DNA of 64,000 bases, taken from Octopus bimaculoides. Lineage: Eukaryota. Below the pieces are notes generated by a model. It saw nothing but the letters and a program-made list of their open reading frames with translations, made no database searches and had not been told where the DNA came from. A program made the translations under genes and the position numbers. Positions 53,208-63,930 of the stretch are shown one piece after another (position 1 is the first letter of the stretch; every line of letters begins with the position of its first letter). The stretch lies in assembly GCF_001194135.2 (NCBI RefSeq), contig NC_068982.1, positions 98,718,410-98,782,409 of the forward strand. Reading direction: 5' to 3'.

Positions 53208-55440
53208 CATGCTAGATCAGCCAACAAAAAGAAAAAGATCAGGTTTAAAGCAATGGTTTTAAAAAAATTTTTAAGTTCAACTAGAAGGAAATATAAAACT
53301 TGAAGAATGGTTGATTCATTTGCAATGATAACTTAATGATTTAAAAAATATATTAAAAAAATATTATTTCCAACAAGCAGTTGATAATCTGTGTTCCCAG
53401 AATAAAACAAAATCTTCAAATAACCTCCAGGACAGGCAGTTACAAACAAAACTAATACTCAAAATATATTTACCCATGTATTTAGAGCATCATAATAGGC
53501 CAGTTCTTTCTCCTGTTCACATGATTCTTCAGAACTTTTGATCACATACGGAGTTATTTCCTTTTCTGAAATGTAGTATTTCAATAGATAAAATCAATGT
53601 AATTATTTATTTTTTTTTTTAGCTAAAATACAATATATTTCAACAACGACAATTTGATTAACAGAAAGAGAGAATCAGAGATGGAGAGACGAAGGGATAC
53701 ATATAGAGGTACAAACATAGGCATATGTCAAGGGACATCTTCTTCTAGTCTTTTATTTGTTTCAGCGATTGGACTGCAGCCATGCCAGGGTATCACTTTA
53801 AAGGGTTTTAAATCAACCTTTGTACTTATTTTAGTCTGATGCATATTCTATCAGCCTCTTTTTGCTGAACTACTAAGTTACAGGAACATAAACAAAGTAA
53901 CACCAGTTGTCAAAAGGTGAGAGACAAAAACACACACACATACACGTCCACCCAGTTTCTATCTACTGCATTAACTCACAAGGCATAATTTAATCCCAGG
54001 TTATAGAAGAAGACACCCATTAAAGTGCCACATTGTGGGACTGAACCTGCAACACATGGTAGCAAAGCAAACTTCTTAACCACACAGCCGTGCCTAAATC
54101 TACATTCATGCTGCAATACTGATACACTTTTAGCCAATTTATATTTGTTTCACATTTTCTATGCCATCTCTCAATGTGGTAGAGAGTAATTTGAAAATAT
54201 GCCAGTTATTTCCTTTCATTTCACTTGATCTTTCTCTTACAGGACTAAACATGCATTTACTACAACTGTTTCTTCCATTACTCTCTCTTCTACCACACTG
54301 CTCCCCCGATCACTGTTTCTCTTGTTATTCTACCATTCGCTTCACACACACACACACATACATACATACACACCAATCTTTCTGTCATCAATCTAACTTC
54401 TATTCAAACTTTTGGTAATACTGCTTTGAATGAATGGAAACACAATACAGTAGTGATGACTTTTCCCTCTTGAAAGGTATAAAGCAACTTTACTTTTGCT
54501 GGTACCATGATAAAATGCACTCAATACACTCTGTAAGGTGGTTGGCAAATAAGCAAAGCCAACACAGGATTGAGAAAGTCTTGTACACATGTGATGCTAA
54601 TTGACTTCTAAACAAGGAAAGTGCTTTCATTACTATGCTGCAGTTTTGATAATTTGTAACACTAAGTGGAATCCAAATGAAAATTCATTCTACGAAATTT
54701 TGTTTCATCTTAACAAACCAATGAAATTCTTCAAGCATAAACTATTATAAAAATGTTTCTGATGACACAACTAAATATAATATTACAGTACTCCGTACAG
54801 TTCTTCATCATACCAACACTAGTGAGGGTGCTTTGTACCTCATTACTTTCTCTATAGTGTCTCCATCCATCTATCACATGTCATAAGAGAAAAATAAAAT
54901 GAAGAATGATGACAAAAGAGTCAGGCTTATGTGGATGAAGGAGAAGCAATAGCATAATGATAGAAACAGAATGATCAGGCAAACAGGTTCAATTCCATGT
55001 AAATTTGTTTTAAAAAATCATTACTCTCACCTGCATCTGATTCTATTACTGAATACTTAAAGAGCAGGGTGACAGGATTAGAGTTAATATCCATCTGAAA
55101 CAATGAGAGAAGAATTTAGTAGATTTAGTCGTTACACAGAGAACATTGCAAATCATGGATATTCAATGAAATACATCAGTTGTATAGAAAAGAAAAAAGA
55201 CATCTGCTTGCAAGTGGTTATGCCTGCATGTATGCAGAATTGGAATAAAAGCTGTCAACATGTTAGCATAAGCGTTGACAATTGAAAGTGACACTAATCT
55301 CTCAAACCTTACCCATCGTCTATCTCTGTTATCAAGGTTTAGGTTTGTACTTTCTCTCTAATGATAATAATCCCTTTCCATTAAAGGCACAAGAAGAAGA
55401 GGAGGAGGAGGAGGAGGAGAATTATTATTATTATTATTAC

Positions 55441-55474
<34 letters not shown>

Positions 55475-58400
55475 GAGTGGAAAGGGACTAGTCACTGATA
55501 CTTGTTTCATCAACCCCAAAAGGATGAAAGGCAAAGTCAACCTCAGCAGAATTTGAACTCAGAACGTAGTGGCAGGCAAAATACCGTTAAGCATTTTACC
55601 AGATGTGCTAACAATTCTGCCAGCTTGCCACGTTAATAATAATAATAATCCTTTCTACTACAGGGCAGAACGCCTGAAATTTTCGAAGGGGGGGGGGCTA
55701 GTCAATTACATTGACCCTAGTACTCAACTGGTACTTATTTCATCAACCTTGGAAGGGTGAAAGCAAAGTGGACCTTGGTGGAATTTGAACTTAGAACATG
55801 AAGATGGGCGAAATACCACTAATGCTTAGCGGTATTTTGTCTGCCACTACATTCTGAGTTCAAATTTTGCTGAGATTGACTTTGCCTTTCATCCTTTTGG
55901 GGTTGATAAATTAAGTACCAGTGACAAGTCCCTTCCCACCCAATAATAATAATTATTATTATTCTCCTCCTCCTTAATAATAATGACGAGGAGGAGGATG
56001 ACGAGGAAGAGGAGGAGGGCGGTGGCAGTGATGATGACGACTTAGACTTCTAATAATGGAGCAAAGCCATTAAGTTTTGAAGGACAAAATAGAGTCAATT
56101 TAAAGAAACCAAAGTATTTTACTGGCTCTTATTTAACTGACTCTGGTGGAATGAAAAGAAAAGTGAGCCATGATAATATTTGAACTCAGACATGAAAAGG
56201 GACAAGATTAGAACCTGTCAGAATATGAAAGATAACAAGAAAAAAGAAATCACAAAAAAAAAGTACTTAAAAAAAAAATGAACAAATAGCAGTGTTAAGC
56301 ATATCATACACACTTTATACTGTACGCAGGATGTTTGCTAGGCTAATTCTGGGTCAGAAATCAGCTCAAAGAGTAATGGAGTTACTTTACAACACACATC
56401 AATATTATAATTACTTCAAACACAGAATCAGTTAAAAAGGAAATGTAGATAAGGATAATTTGTAGTTAGGAATAGTTGCTGTTGCATATCCTTTTGAAGC
56501 CAATCCCAATGAAATCGCCTTTGGCTTTCTGATACAAGCTGCTTCTTTTGAAGTTATCTAAATTAAAAACCACCCATCAAAATTCCATTCTAATTTACAT
56601 TCCAAACACCAAAATGATAATGGCAAGGTTATTTTACTAAATTCTTAATATTTTCACAAAGCCAATGTATTTCAACAGAAATATGATAACAAGAGAGTTA
56701 ACCACAGATTAGTCCTAAGTGAATTCATTTATTGAAGCCTTCCAACTATGACAACTCTGTCTTTTATTCAGACAAAGTTGTTGTTGTTGGCACTCCGTTG
56801 CTTACGATGTCGAGGGGTCCAGTTGATCCGATCAACGGAACAGCCTGCTCGTGAAATTAACGTGCAAGTGGCTAAGCACTCCACAGACACATGTACCCTA
56901 AACGTAGTTCTCGGGGATATTCAGCATGACACAGTGTGACAAAGCTGACCCTTTGAATTACAGGCACAACAGAAACAGGAAGTAAGAGTGAGAGAAAGTT
57001 GTGGTGGAAGAGTACAGCAGGGTTCGCCACCATCCCCTGCCGGAGCCTCGTGGAGCTTTTAGGAGTTTTCGCTCAATAAACACTCACAATGCCCGGTCTG
57101 GGAATTGAAACCGCAATCCTATGAACGCGAGTCTGCTGCCCTAACCACTGGGCTATTGCGCCCACTCTGACAGAGTATATCTAGGACTATATCATTCACA
57201 GTGTCCTTCCTTTAAGGGTTATTAGATGAAGGTTTAGCTGCTATTTTTGGTCATCCAAGTGACTTTGTAGAGTCTTACATCTTGATTCAAGTTGGGTTTT
57301 TTTTTGGTCATTTGTTTTGTTACTTTCAATCAACTAGCAAAGAGGACTCACCATATGTTGCATATCTTTATTTTCATCATCTTCCTTCTCTTCATCGTCT
57401 TGTTTCTTTTCAATATTCTAAAGAATCAGATATATATATATATATACATTACTATTCCAGTTAAGTAGTGATGAAAGAATTGTACAGTTGGTCATGCCAT
57501 ACAGAAAGTTCTTTGACAGACTGAGTGGATGTATGTCAGTTACATGGTCCAACCTATGCCAACATGGAAAACATAGGTTAGATGATGATGATGACAGAAA
57601 GAGAGAAAGGGAAGGAGGGAGAAAAATGCTGCATGTGTGAGAGAGTGAGTGAAATTCATGCATATGTATGATTGTGTGAGTGATGCATGTGTGTGTGAGA
57701 GAGAGAGAGTGATGTTCATGTTTGAGTTGATGCATGCATATGCGTGAAATAGTCTCCAAGCCTTTCTGTTTTAAAATGGTAGACGTGATAGAGGGAAAAT
57801 TTGGGTGTTACTTCTCGTACACCAATCAACCACAGAGAAGTTCCTTCATTGATTCAGACAGTAGCAAGAAGAGAAACTAGTACACCAACCATTAAGTTGA
57901 ATTTGTATTCAACTCTTAGGCAAGAGACACCATTTCCCCTGCACACAATAAGTGCAAAGTGGTCGAAAATGTGAAACAAAACAAAAAAAGGTTAATTATA
58001 CAAGACTTACAACAATCTTTATGTTTGGTAAATTTCTTAACTTCTTCAACATTAAATGACACTGCAAGAAAGAAAAAGCAGAAAGAGACCAATGAAAATA
58101 TTAGATTCAGGGAAGTGAGCAACATTAACAAAAAAAATTGAAAAATATATTTTTGAAAAAAGTATAAATAAATAAAATGACATTGCATTGTGGTAAAATT
58201 AAGATAAGCATTTAAGACACACATATACTGCTATATTCCTTTGTGCGTTCAAAGTCCACAAAGCTATCATATTTTGAACTTATGATGCACCTAAGACCAT
58301 CCTGGCAGGAAGTATGAAGAGGAAGAGAACCAGAAATTGTCAAAGAGTTTGTGGACTGGTGACATCAAAGAATGGACTGAAAACAAGAGCCTGACTGATT

Positions 58401-61400
58401 GTATGTATGCAGCACAACACAGGGGGAACTGAAGAGTTTTGGCAAGCTGATCCCTGAACACAGGCACCTGGCAGAAGTTATCAAGTATGAAAGCCTGACA
58501 TCATATATCAACCAGCTAATCAATGATACTCTATTCCACTATATTAGTGGAATACTAGTATAATGAAAGACTATTACAAAATGAGACAAAATAATTATAA
58601 CAATGATATGTACGTGTGTTTAAATATTTCAATGTTAGAGGTAAATTGATATTAAATTGATATTTTTATTGGTTTCAGTCGCAGGATTTGCAGCCATGCC
58701 TGGGTACCATCTTCATGGATTTAGTCACTCATGTCAACCACAGTTCTTATTTTTAAGTCTGTTACTTAATCTATCAATCTCTATTTGAAGCATTAAGTTA
58801 GGAAACATCAACAAACAAGAAAATGGCCATGAATACACACATTCAACAAGCTTCTGTACAGTTTCCATCAACTAAATTTCATTCACAAGGCATTGGTCAA
58901 CCCAAAGTTATAGAAGAGGACACACGCCCAGGTGCCACACAGTGAGACTAAATTCAAAGTTTCTTAACCATACAGCTATATTTAGGCCTAAAATTATAAT
59001 TTTTCAGAGTACGGACTGCATTAAAGAGATTTCATTGGATTCAAACTAGGCCTTGGTTTAAAATACAGTCTGGAACTCTGTACATATCCAAGAATAAGTC
59101 ATCTAATAATGTCAAGAGACTAAACCTATAGAAACCTAGTACAGATAATATCCATGTGTCCTAAATGGCTAATATGACTCTACTATGATGCAAGTTACTT
59201 AATTCCAATATTTTAAATTCCTTGTCACAGGCAGACGCAATGCAATGAAACTGATAAATGATTTATGTAGAGTCATGTTTAATTCTTCCTGCAAGGGAAT
59301 GTAGGGTCATGTTTAATTCTTCCTGCAAGGGAATGTAGGGTCATGTTTAATTCTTCCTGCAAGGGAATGTAACTTTTATACCTAAACATCTTAGCCACAA
59401 AGAAATTTATTTCTCATCTGCTTAACACTACAGAAACTGGAATAAGCACAGCATCTATAGATCTTCATGATTAGGAGAATTAATACTACTGTGAACTCAG
59501 CTTGCCAATACTTCTTACTTAAAAAGAATATTAAAACCAAAATCATACGACGACAGACTTTGTATTGTATGACAGAATTATTATTTGAAGAACTGGAATA
59601 TTTACAAAGACTGAGTTTTTAGATATCATGGTATATTTATTGTAATAACAGCTCTTAATGCCTTCAAAACAGAACCCAACAAGAATATAACAAGACATTG
59701 TTAACAGAAAGTGATATGAATATTTCAACCAACTGGAATAAGAAATAATATAATTACCAAATGAAAGGATGACTCAATTCTTTTAATGATTCCATCATAT
59801 CCCATACTTTGAAGGCATATCCACAGAGGTAAACAGGAAAGCTTTGATACAACATTAAATGAATTCATCCCAGCCATATATGCCATTGTTGTGTCTTCAC
59901 ACTTGTAAAGAGTCTAGAATAATTTTGTTAAGGAATTTTTTTTTTTTTCAGGGAAAGAAAACAATTAAGCATTAATTCACAGGTTCTCACAAATGCAATT
60001 ACAACAAAAACAGTTATTTAATCAGACTTTAAAAAGATGAATTTTTAAAAATTATTTCTTAATTTCTCAAAATTATCTCCCTTCTCATTTGCGACTGGCT
60101 AATAATTACTATTAAATTATTGATTTGTTTCTCCTATTAACAGAGAAACTCTCAATTTATTAATAAATATTTCTATATATTATTTGATATCCCCTACTTA
60201 GTGCAAATAAAGATAATTAAATGAAATGCACTTCTAAATTTTATCTTGTCTTTCTGATTCAATAGATTTTAATCTTCAATGACACTGATCTCAGAAGTGA
60301 TAAGCCTAAGTTTAACAGCTACTGCTGCTACTACAACTAATATTACTAATACGACAAATACTATCAATGTTAATATGCATAGCCTCACTTTTGAATTTAC
60401 TGCTATGCTACCAGTAAAAATATTTGTTAATCATGCACATTCCCTCTTTTACTAATAGATTGTTATATAATGAAAGTTTCATTAGTTACTATAGTGACAA
60501 TATTCTATCTATCTATCTATCACACACACATGCATGCACGCAAACACACACTCTCTCTCTCTCTCTAATTGAATTTCTCTCTCAACAACAACCTGTCATT
60601 ATCGTAAAAGTCCTTTTTTTTTAAAGTGGGTATAGCATTGTCTCTATATTGAAAGACATTCAAAAACACAGACACACACAAAAATACATATACACACAAA
60701 CAACCAAAAAATAACAATTTTATATTGCTATATAGTGAAAGCTTTTTTGTTTTTTTTTAAATCTGTGTTGCATTGTCTTGACAGACTTGCACTTAAAATT
60801 CCCACATTTTTAATCAAAACTTGTTGGTTACTATGGTGACAATACTACCTATCTATCTTTCACACACACTTTCTCTATCTCATTATATTTTTCTTTGTCA
60901 GATGATGAGATGTTAAATTATGATAAAGGGCAGAAACAAGTGTCTTGTTGTAAGGGAGATTCATGGCTCCCACAGAATACAAAGTCAATAAAATTTAATG
61001 TCTGAAAATAACATGCTTGATACTTTCTCCTCAAAGACACTAAACTTACATTTATATAATTTTTACCATGGGCCATAGATTAAAATTTTAAATACAATAT
61101 TTTTATTTATTCATTAGTGCAGTAAAATTTGTTTGTTCATTTATAGATTAAGAAGTTAGAAAAGAAGAATAATCACAAAGGATACAATTAACTGTAAAGA
61201 TAGAATACCCAACCATTTGCCCAAATTCACTGTGATACTGTCAGCAAGTATAGGACGTTGTTCTGTTAATGGATCTGCTGTTAATGTGAGAAATGCTAAA
61301 CAGTTTCTGAAAATATAAATTTTGGGAAAAAAAGCAATATAATTCAGATCTTAGACAAAGAAAACTTAATTAAATTCAATCTAGCTGAAATTCCAGAATG

Positions 61401-63930
61401 TTAAAGAAATTTAAAAAGTGCAACTTCGATAAAATTTGTTGTGAAGGTGGAATCAGTGAAGGCAAAATGAAGAGTATTTGAGAAGTTTAAGAAACTGTAG
61501 TCTGACTAGTTATAAAATATTCTCTCTCTTTCTAATAAACTAATACTCTCGTGAATTGCAAGGGTCTATAGAGCCACTATTGAACACTGGCTTCCATAAT
61601 GTTAAGTGAATGAAAGGTAAATCTCTCTGACAACCTACTTCGAAATACTATTTTCAGTTTAAGCACTGCACATCTTCAAGTTCATATCTTATGAAAGTTG
61701 ATTTTTGCCTTTCATTTTTCTAAGCTCAGTCAAGTAATAGCCCATTAGGTTCTCTCAACTCCTTCCAAATAGATATTTTTCAGTCATTGAATAAACTTAT
61801 AAAGCATTAATAGAGGGAAGATACTGCAAGGGTCCTTTATACATCAGTTTAGTTCAAGTTTCTGAACACAGGGGTCAATTGGTTAATTATTAATCAGATA
61901 AGAGAGAGAAAACAGTATTACTAAAGATACTGAGTGTCCCTACATAGTTTGAATCCTGCAGTTGGCTGAATAAAAGGAATCAATCCAGGTCTTGCAGTTT
62001 AGATATGTTGTACTTGAGCTGATTGTAAAACCATGTTGTACATTCTCCCATGCATTACATGGCTATCTAGAGCATATGGTAGTTATCAAGACGCATTACA
62101 CCAGTTTTATGACCATTCTGTTCTTGTATTACTGGAACCATATGTGGTTGTTGTAGTGGAGAAGAGTAAGACAGACTTGATCATTATACAAGAGTTTCTT
62201 GATTTCTTGAGATTCACTGAATATCTTTAACAACCCTACATAGATTGTGCAGCAAACAGCTATAGAGATCATCATCATCATCATCGTTTAACGTCTGCTT
62301 TCCATGCTAGCATGGGTTGGACGATTTGACTGAGGACTGGTGAAACCGGATGGCAACACCAGCCTCCAATCTGATTTGGTAGAGTTTCTACATCTGGATG
62401 CCCTTCCTAACGCCAACCACTCAGAGAGTGTAGTGGGTGCTTTTACGTGTCACTCGCACGAAGGCCAGTCAGGCGGTACTGGCAACAGCCATGCTCAAAA
62501 TGGTGTATTTTATGTGCCACCCGCACAAGAGCCAGTCCAGGGGCACTGGCAATGATCTCGCTCGAAAATCCTACGAAGGCCAGTCAGGCGGTACTGGCAA
62601 CGGTCACACTCAAAATGGTGTATTTTATGTGCCACCCGCACAAGAGCCAGTCCAGGGGCACTGGCAACGATCTCGCTTGAAAATCCTACGAAGGCCAGTC
62701 AGGCGGTACTGGCAACGGCTATGGGAATTCTGGTGAGTAGGAACAAATGACATGTGATGACTGCAATGGCCACTGCTAAGGAAAAAGAAGAAAGAAAGGA
62801 CAAGAGAGCAGGGCTTAGGAGGTGAGTCTTCACAAATGAAATGACTAAAAGATAAGAGATGAACCAAGAGAGTTATTTTTGAAAATCTAATCAAATAAAA
62901 CTGGCAATAGGGTCAGTCTAATATTAACAATAATGACAGTATCAACAATGACACAGCCACTATGGTAATAACTACAATGACACTACGGACAAAAAAATTT
63001 CCAATGGCATGATCTGATGTTAAATCATCGTAGCAATAGCACTGGCAGTGATGATATCAATGAGCCAGTACCATCATTTTGAATCAGTAAGGTTCACCAA
63101 TATGCAAGGTAAAAACAAAACAATGTAACGAGGCAATAGACTAGTTAAATACAAATGGAACTTTTATAAATACATTAAGTAATAATGGCATTCTAGATAT
63201 CCTTAACCCTTTAGCATTCAAATTAATATGTCAAAAGTAATCCTTATTCATTTACATTTTTAAAAATTAATCTGGTATTATGTTGTAGCTTCAAGAGTTG
63301 AAAGATGTTATTGTTTATTTTTAGAATGACATTGCAGGGTAGGTGTGAGATACTGGTTCTGGCCAGTTTGAGCATAAAATGAGTAGAATATTCGGGCCGG
63401 ATATAGCCGGTTTAAACACAAAAGGGTTAAATGCAACAGCAGATGTCATTAATGAATGAGATGTAAGCAGTAAAGTTAGTCATGAAGACTGGGACCTCTT
63501 CAGCAAAACAAAACTGTGGAGGTTAGATAAATGAAGATAACAATAAAAAAGATTATGACATTGAAATTGATAACAGTAATGGTGATGATAGATGATGATA
63601 ATGATGATGATTATTATACAGTGCAGTTTCCATCATATAACATCTACCACTGAATTAAACAAAACTCTATAATTAGGTCACAGAAAGAAAGTGAAAGGTC
63701 ATAATATTCCATAGAAAAGGAACATTTAAATATCAGTATCATTATAGTGCAGACATGAAAGCTCTATTAATGGAAAATGTATGGAGCTGAAGGTTTCCAC
63801 TTCAAAAACTGACACAAATAAAAGACTAATATCTGAAAAACTTACCCATCAACATGACACCAAATACCATTATTATTACAAATTTGCCAGAGTTTAATCA
63901 ACTCATCAACCTGCCCTGTAAGAGGGGTAC
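31782..63930 (-). CDS. PDXDC1: PDXDC1 orthologue (group II PLP-dependent decarboxylase fold), 5'-partial; join of 15 coding exons listed below
   Basis: Manually spliced exons give a continuous frame (1682 nt = 2 + 560 codons including stop), all with canonical GT-AG and matching phases. The translation is colinear with human PDXDC1 as recalled: GIWCHVDG~[20 protein letters not shown]~LPLWLSLQ, YDALNTW~[15 protein letters not shown]~[26 protein letters not shown]~GVLRQIPVVGSVLNWFSP, KGRTFDL~KGRTFNL. Confidence 0.95.
33120..33460 (+). mobile_element. RTE-type LINE 3' fragment
   Basis: Frameshifted [44 protein letters not shown] matches the RTE NxxIR...WxGHVxR..DxRW signature. Confidence 0.75.
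33711..34068 (-). CDS. PDXDC1: PDXDC1 exon [17 protein letters not shown]... plus acidic S/T/E/D-rich tail ...ITTTE(G)
   Basis: tttgtcacag acceptor, AGG|gtgagt donor; 358 nt, phase 1 to 2; contains track ORF 33707-34030. Confidence 0.92.
34962..35061 (-). CDS. PDXDC1: PDXDC1 exon [33 protein letters not shown](G)
   Basis: atgtttcag acceptor, CAG|gtatat donor; 100 nt, phase 0 to 1; most conserved C-terminal motif. Confidence 0.96.
35965..36738 (+). mobile_element. Internally deleted DD37D (maT-type) Tc1/mariner element, 3' TIR truncated
   Basis: TA|CAGGGTG left end; [11 protein letters not shown]...WQQD-x37-D (SPDCNLLD) spacing counted as 37 residues. Confidence 0.9.
37720..38250 (+). mobile_element. 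CR1-type LINE 3' fragment
   Basis: Decayed GLTITK...[23 protein letters not shown]...[12 protein letters not shown]. Confidence 0.7.
38546..38638 (-). CDS. PDXDC1: PDXDC1 exon [31 protein letters not shown]
   Basis: ttttctgttttag acceptor, GAA|gtaagt donor; 93 nt, phase 0 to 0. Confidence 0.96.
40524..40642 (-). CDS. PDXDC1: PDXDC1 exon [39 protein letters not shown]
   Basis: ctttaatttag acceptor, AAG|gtaaat donor; 119 nt, phase 1 to 0; lies inside track ORF 40467-40709. Confidence 0.95.
41160..41630. repeat. Compound (TA)n/(TG)n microsatellite; similar tracts at 1040-1363, 27700-27890, 39698-40027, 41915-42420, 43310-43385 and 52735-53205
   Basis: Dinucleotide runs visible directly; they explain the YI/CV/HT/RE/LS ORFs in the track. 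Confidence 0.97.
42423..43310 (-). mobile_element. Internally deleted DD37D (maT-type) element with both TIRs, 888 bp
   Basis: TIRs CAGGGTGC...attgtcg at both ends, TA on the right flank; ORF 42546-43040 [11 protein letters not shown]...WQQD-x37-R(D mutated)YYVWG. Confidence 0.92.
43658..43782 (-). CDS. PDXDC1: PDXDC1 exon [41 protein letters not shown](G)
   Basis: ctaaacag acceptor, TTG|gtaaat donor; 125 nt, phase 2 to 1. Confidence 0.93.
44516..44628 (-). CDS. PDXDC1: PDXDC1 exon [37 protein letters not shown](R)
   Basis: ccaccatag acceptor, AAG|gtacat donor; 113 nt, phase 0 to 2. Confidence 0.93.
45020..45105. repeat. Perfect 39-bp inverted repeat with 8-nt spacer
   Basis: ccaataagagaagagtatcctagatcttcttcactgctt - gtgaaaag - exact reverse complement. 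Confidence 0.97.
46765..47500 (+). mobile_element. CR1-type LINE RT 3' fragment
   Basis: DDITF...[10 protein letters not shown]...[14 protein letters not shown]...KARRHF...[12 protein letters not shown]...[14 protein letters not shown], with frameshifts. Confidence 0.8.
48240..48298 (-). CDS. PDXDC1: PDXDC1 exon [19 protein letters not shown]
   Basis: ttttgattttcag acceptor, ACT|gtacgt donor; 59 nt, phase 1 to 0. Confidence 0.92.
49315..49417 (-). CDS. PDXDC1: PDXDC1 exon [34 protein letters not shown](V)
   Basis: ctttattttcag acceptor, AAG|gtcaga donor; 103 nt, phase 0 to 1. Confidence 0.95.
51001..51150. mobile_element. TA-flanked Tc1/mariner-superfamily MITE (~150 bp)
   Basis: ta|ctgtatttactcgtgtataagtcgcac ... 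gtgcgatttacatacgagtaggtatgg imperfect TIRs. Confidence 0.65.
52250..52737. repeat. Long imperfect foldback (arms ~52250-52460 and ~52533-52737)
   Basis: Outer 64 bp match at 56/64; inner parts are more diverged; the spacer contains an extra cttgcatc/gatgcaag mini-palindrome. Confidence 0.9.
53474..53565 (-). CDS. PDXDC1: PDXDC1 exon (E)[30 protein letters not shown]
   Basis: catttcag acceptor, TGG|gtaaat donor; 92 nt, phase 1 to 0. Confidence 0.92.
54814..54870 (-). CDS. PDXDC1: Candidate PDXDC1 cassette exon (D)[18 protein letters not shown]
   Basis: ttttatttttctcttatgacatgtgatag acceptor, TTG|gtatga donor; 57 nt, phase 1 to 1, open in frame; no homology or transcript support. Confidence 0.4.
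55031..55094 (-). CDS. PDXDC1: PDXDC1 exon [21 protein letters not shown]
   Basis: cattgtttcag acceptor, CAG|gtgaga donor; 64 nt, phase 0 to 1; aligns to human EDELSSPVVVFRF. Confidence 0.88.
55408..55975. repeat. Local inverted duplication (arms 55408-55595 and 55821-55975)
   Basis: 125-bp core with about 12 mismatches; includes part of a SINE plus its (GAG)n/(ATT)n flank. Confidence 0.9.
56772..57163 (-). mobile_element. tRNA-derived SINE, family E, full length with (AAC)n tail
   Basis: Minus-strand head ggcgcaatagcccagtggttagggcagcagactc...ggtttcaattccc (A and B boxes); tail caacaacaac. Confidence 0.8.
58011..58061 (-). CDS. PDXDC1: PDXDC1 exon [17 protein letters not shown]
   Basis: Long pyrimidine tract ending cttgcag, GTT|gtaagt donor; 51 nt, phase 0 to 0; aligns to human SQRLQESLKKVNYIKILV. 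Confidence 0.88.
58280..58480 (+). mobile_element. RTE-type LINE 3' fragment
   Basis: [14 protein letters not shown]...WTGDIKEWT...AAQHR matches the RTE GxRxRGRPxxxWxDxI motif. Confidence 0.7.
59265..59371. repeat. Minisatellite, 34-bp unit x ~3
   Basis: gtcatgtttaattcttcctgcaagggaatgtagg starts at 59272, 59306 and 59340; near-identical copies, no spacers. Confidence 0.95.
59758..59913 (-). CDS. PDXDC1: PDXDC1 exon [52 protein letters not shown]
   Basis: ttattctag acceptor, TTG|gtaatt donor; 156 nt, phase 0 to 0. Confidence 0.95.
61186..61306 (-). CDS. PDXDC1: PDXDC1 exon [40 protein letters not shown]
   Basis: tatattttcag acceptor, ATT|gtatcc donor; 121 nt, phase 2 to 0; DSxxxxxxKW motif. 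Confidence 0.93.
62459..62720. repeat. Tandem repeat, 115-bp period x ~2.3, attached to a family D element
   Basis: cgaaggccagtcaggcggtactggcaac starts at 62459, 62574 and 62689; each unit has two related gccagtc...actggcaa halves. Confidence 0.92.
63203..63430. mobile_element. TTAA-flanked MITE (piggyBac-like ends)
   Basis: TTAA|CCCTTT ... AAAGGG|TTAA; 220-bp body. Confidence 0.8.
63846..63930 (-). CDS. PDXDC1: PDXDC1 exon (G)[27 protein letters not shown](G)
   Basis: ttctctttaactag acceptor, GG|gtaagt donor; 85 nt, phase 1 to 2; WxHVD motif of group II decarboxylases. Confidence 0.95.

Noticed and set aside
56440-56570. Possible extra PDXDC1 exon [23 protein letters not shown]
   Set aside because: No good donor before the stop, and the model already joins 58011 to 55094 in phase.
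59272-59371. CRISPR-like array (34-bp repeats)
   Set aside because: Repeats abut with no unique spacers, there are no cas genes, and the context is eukaryotic intron.
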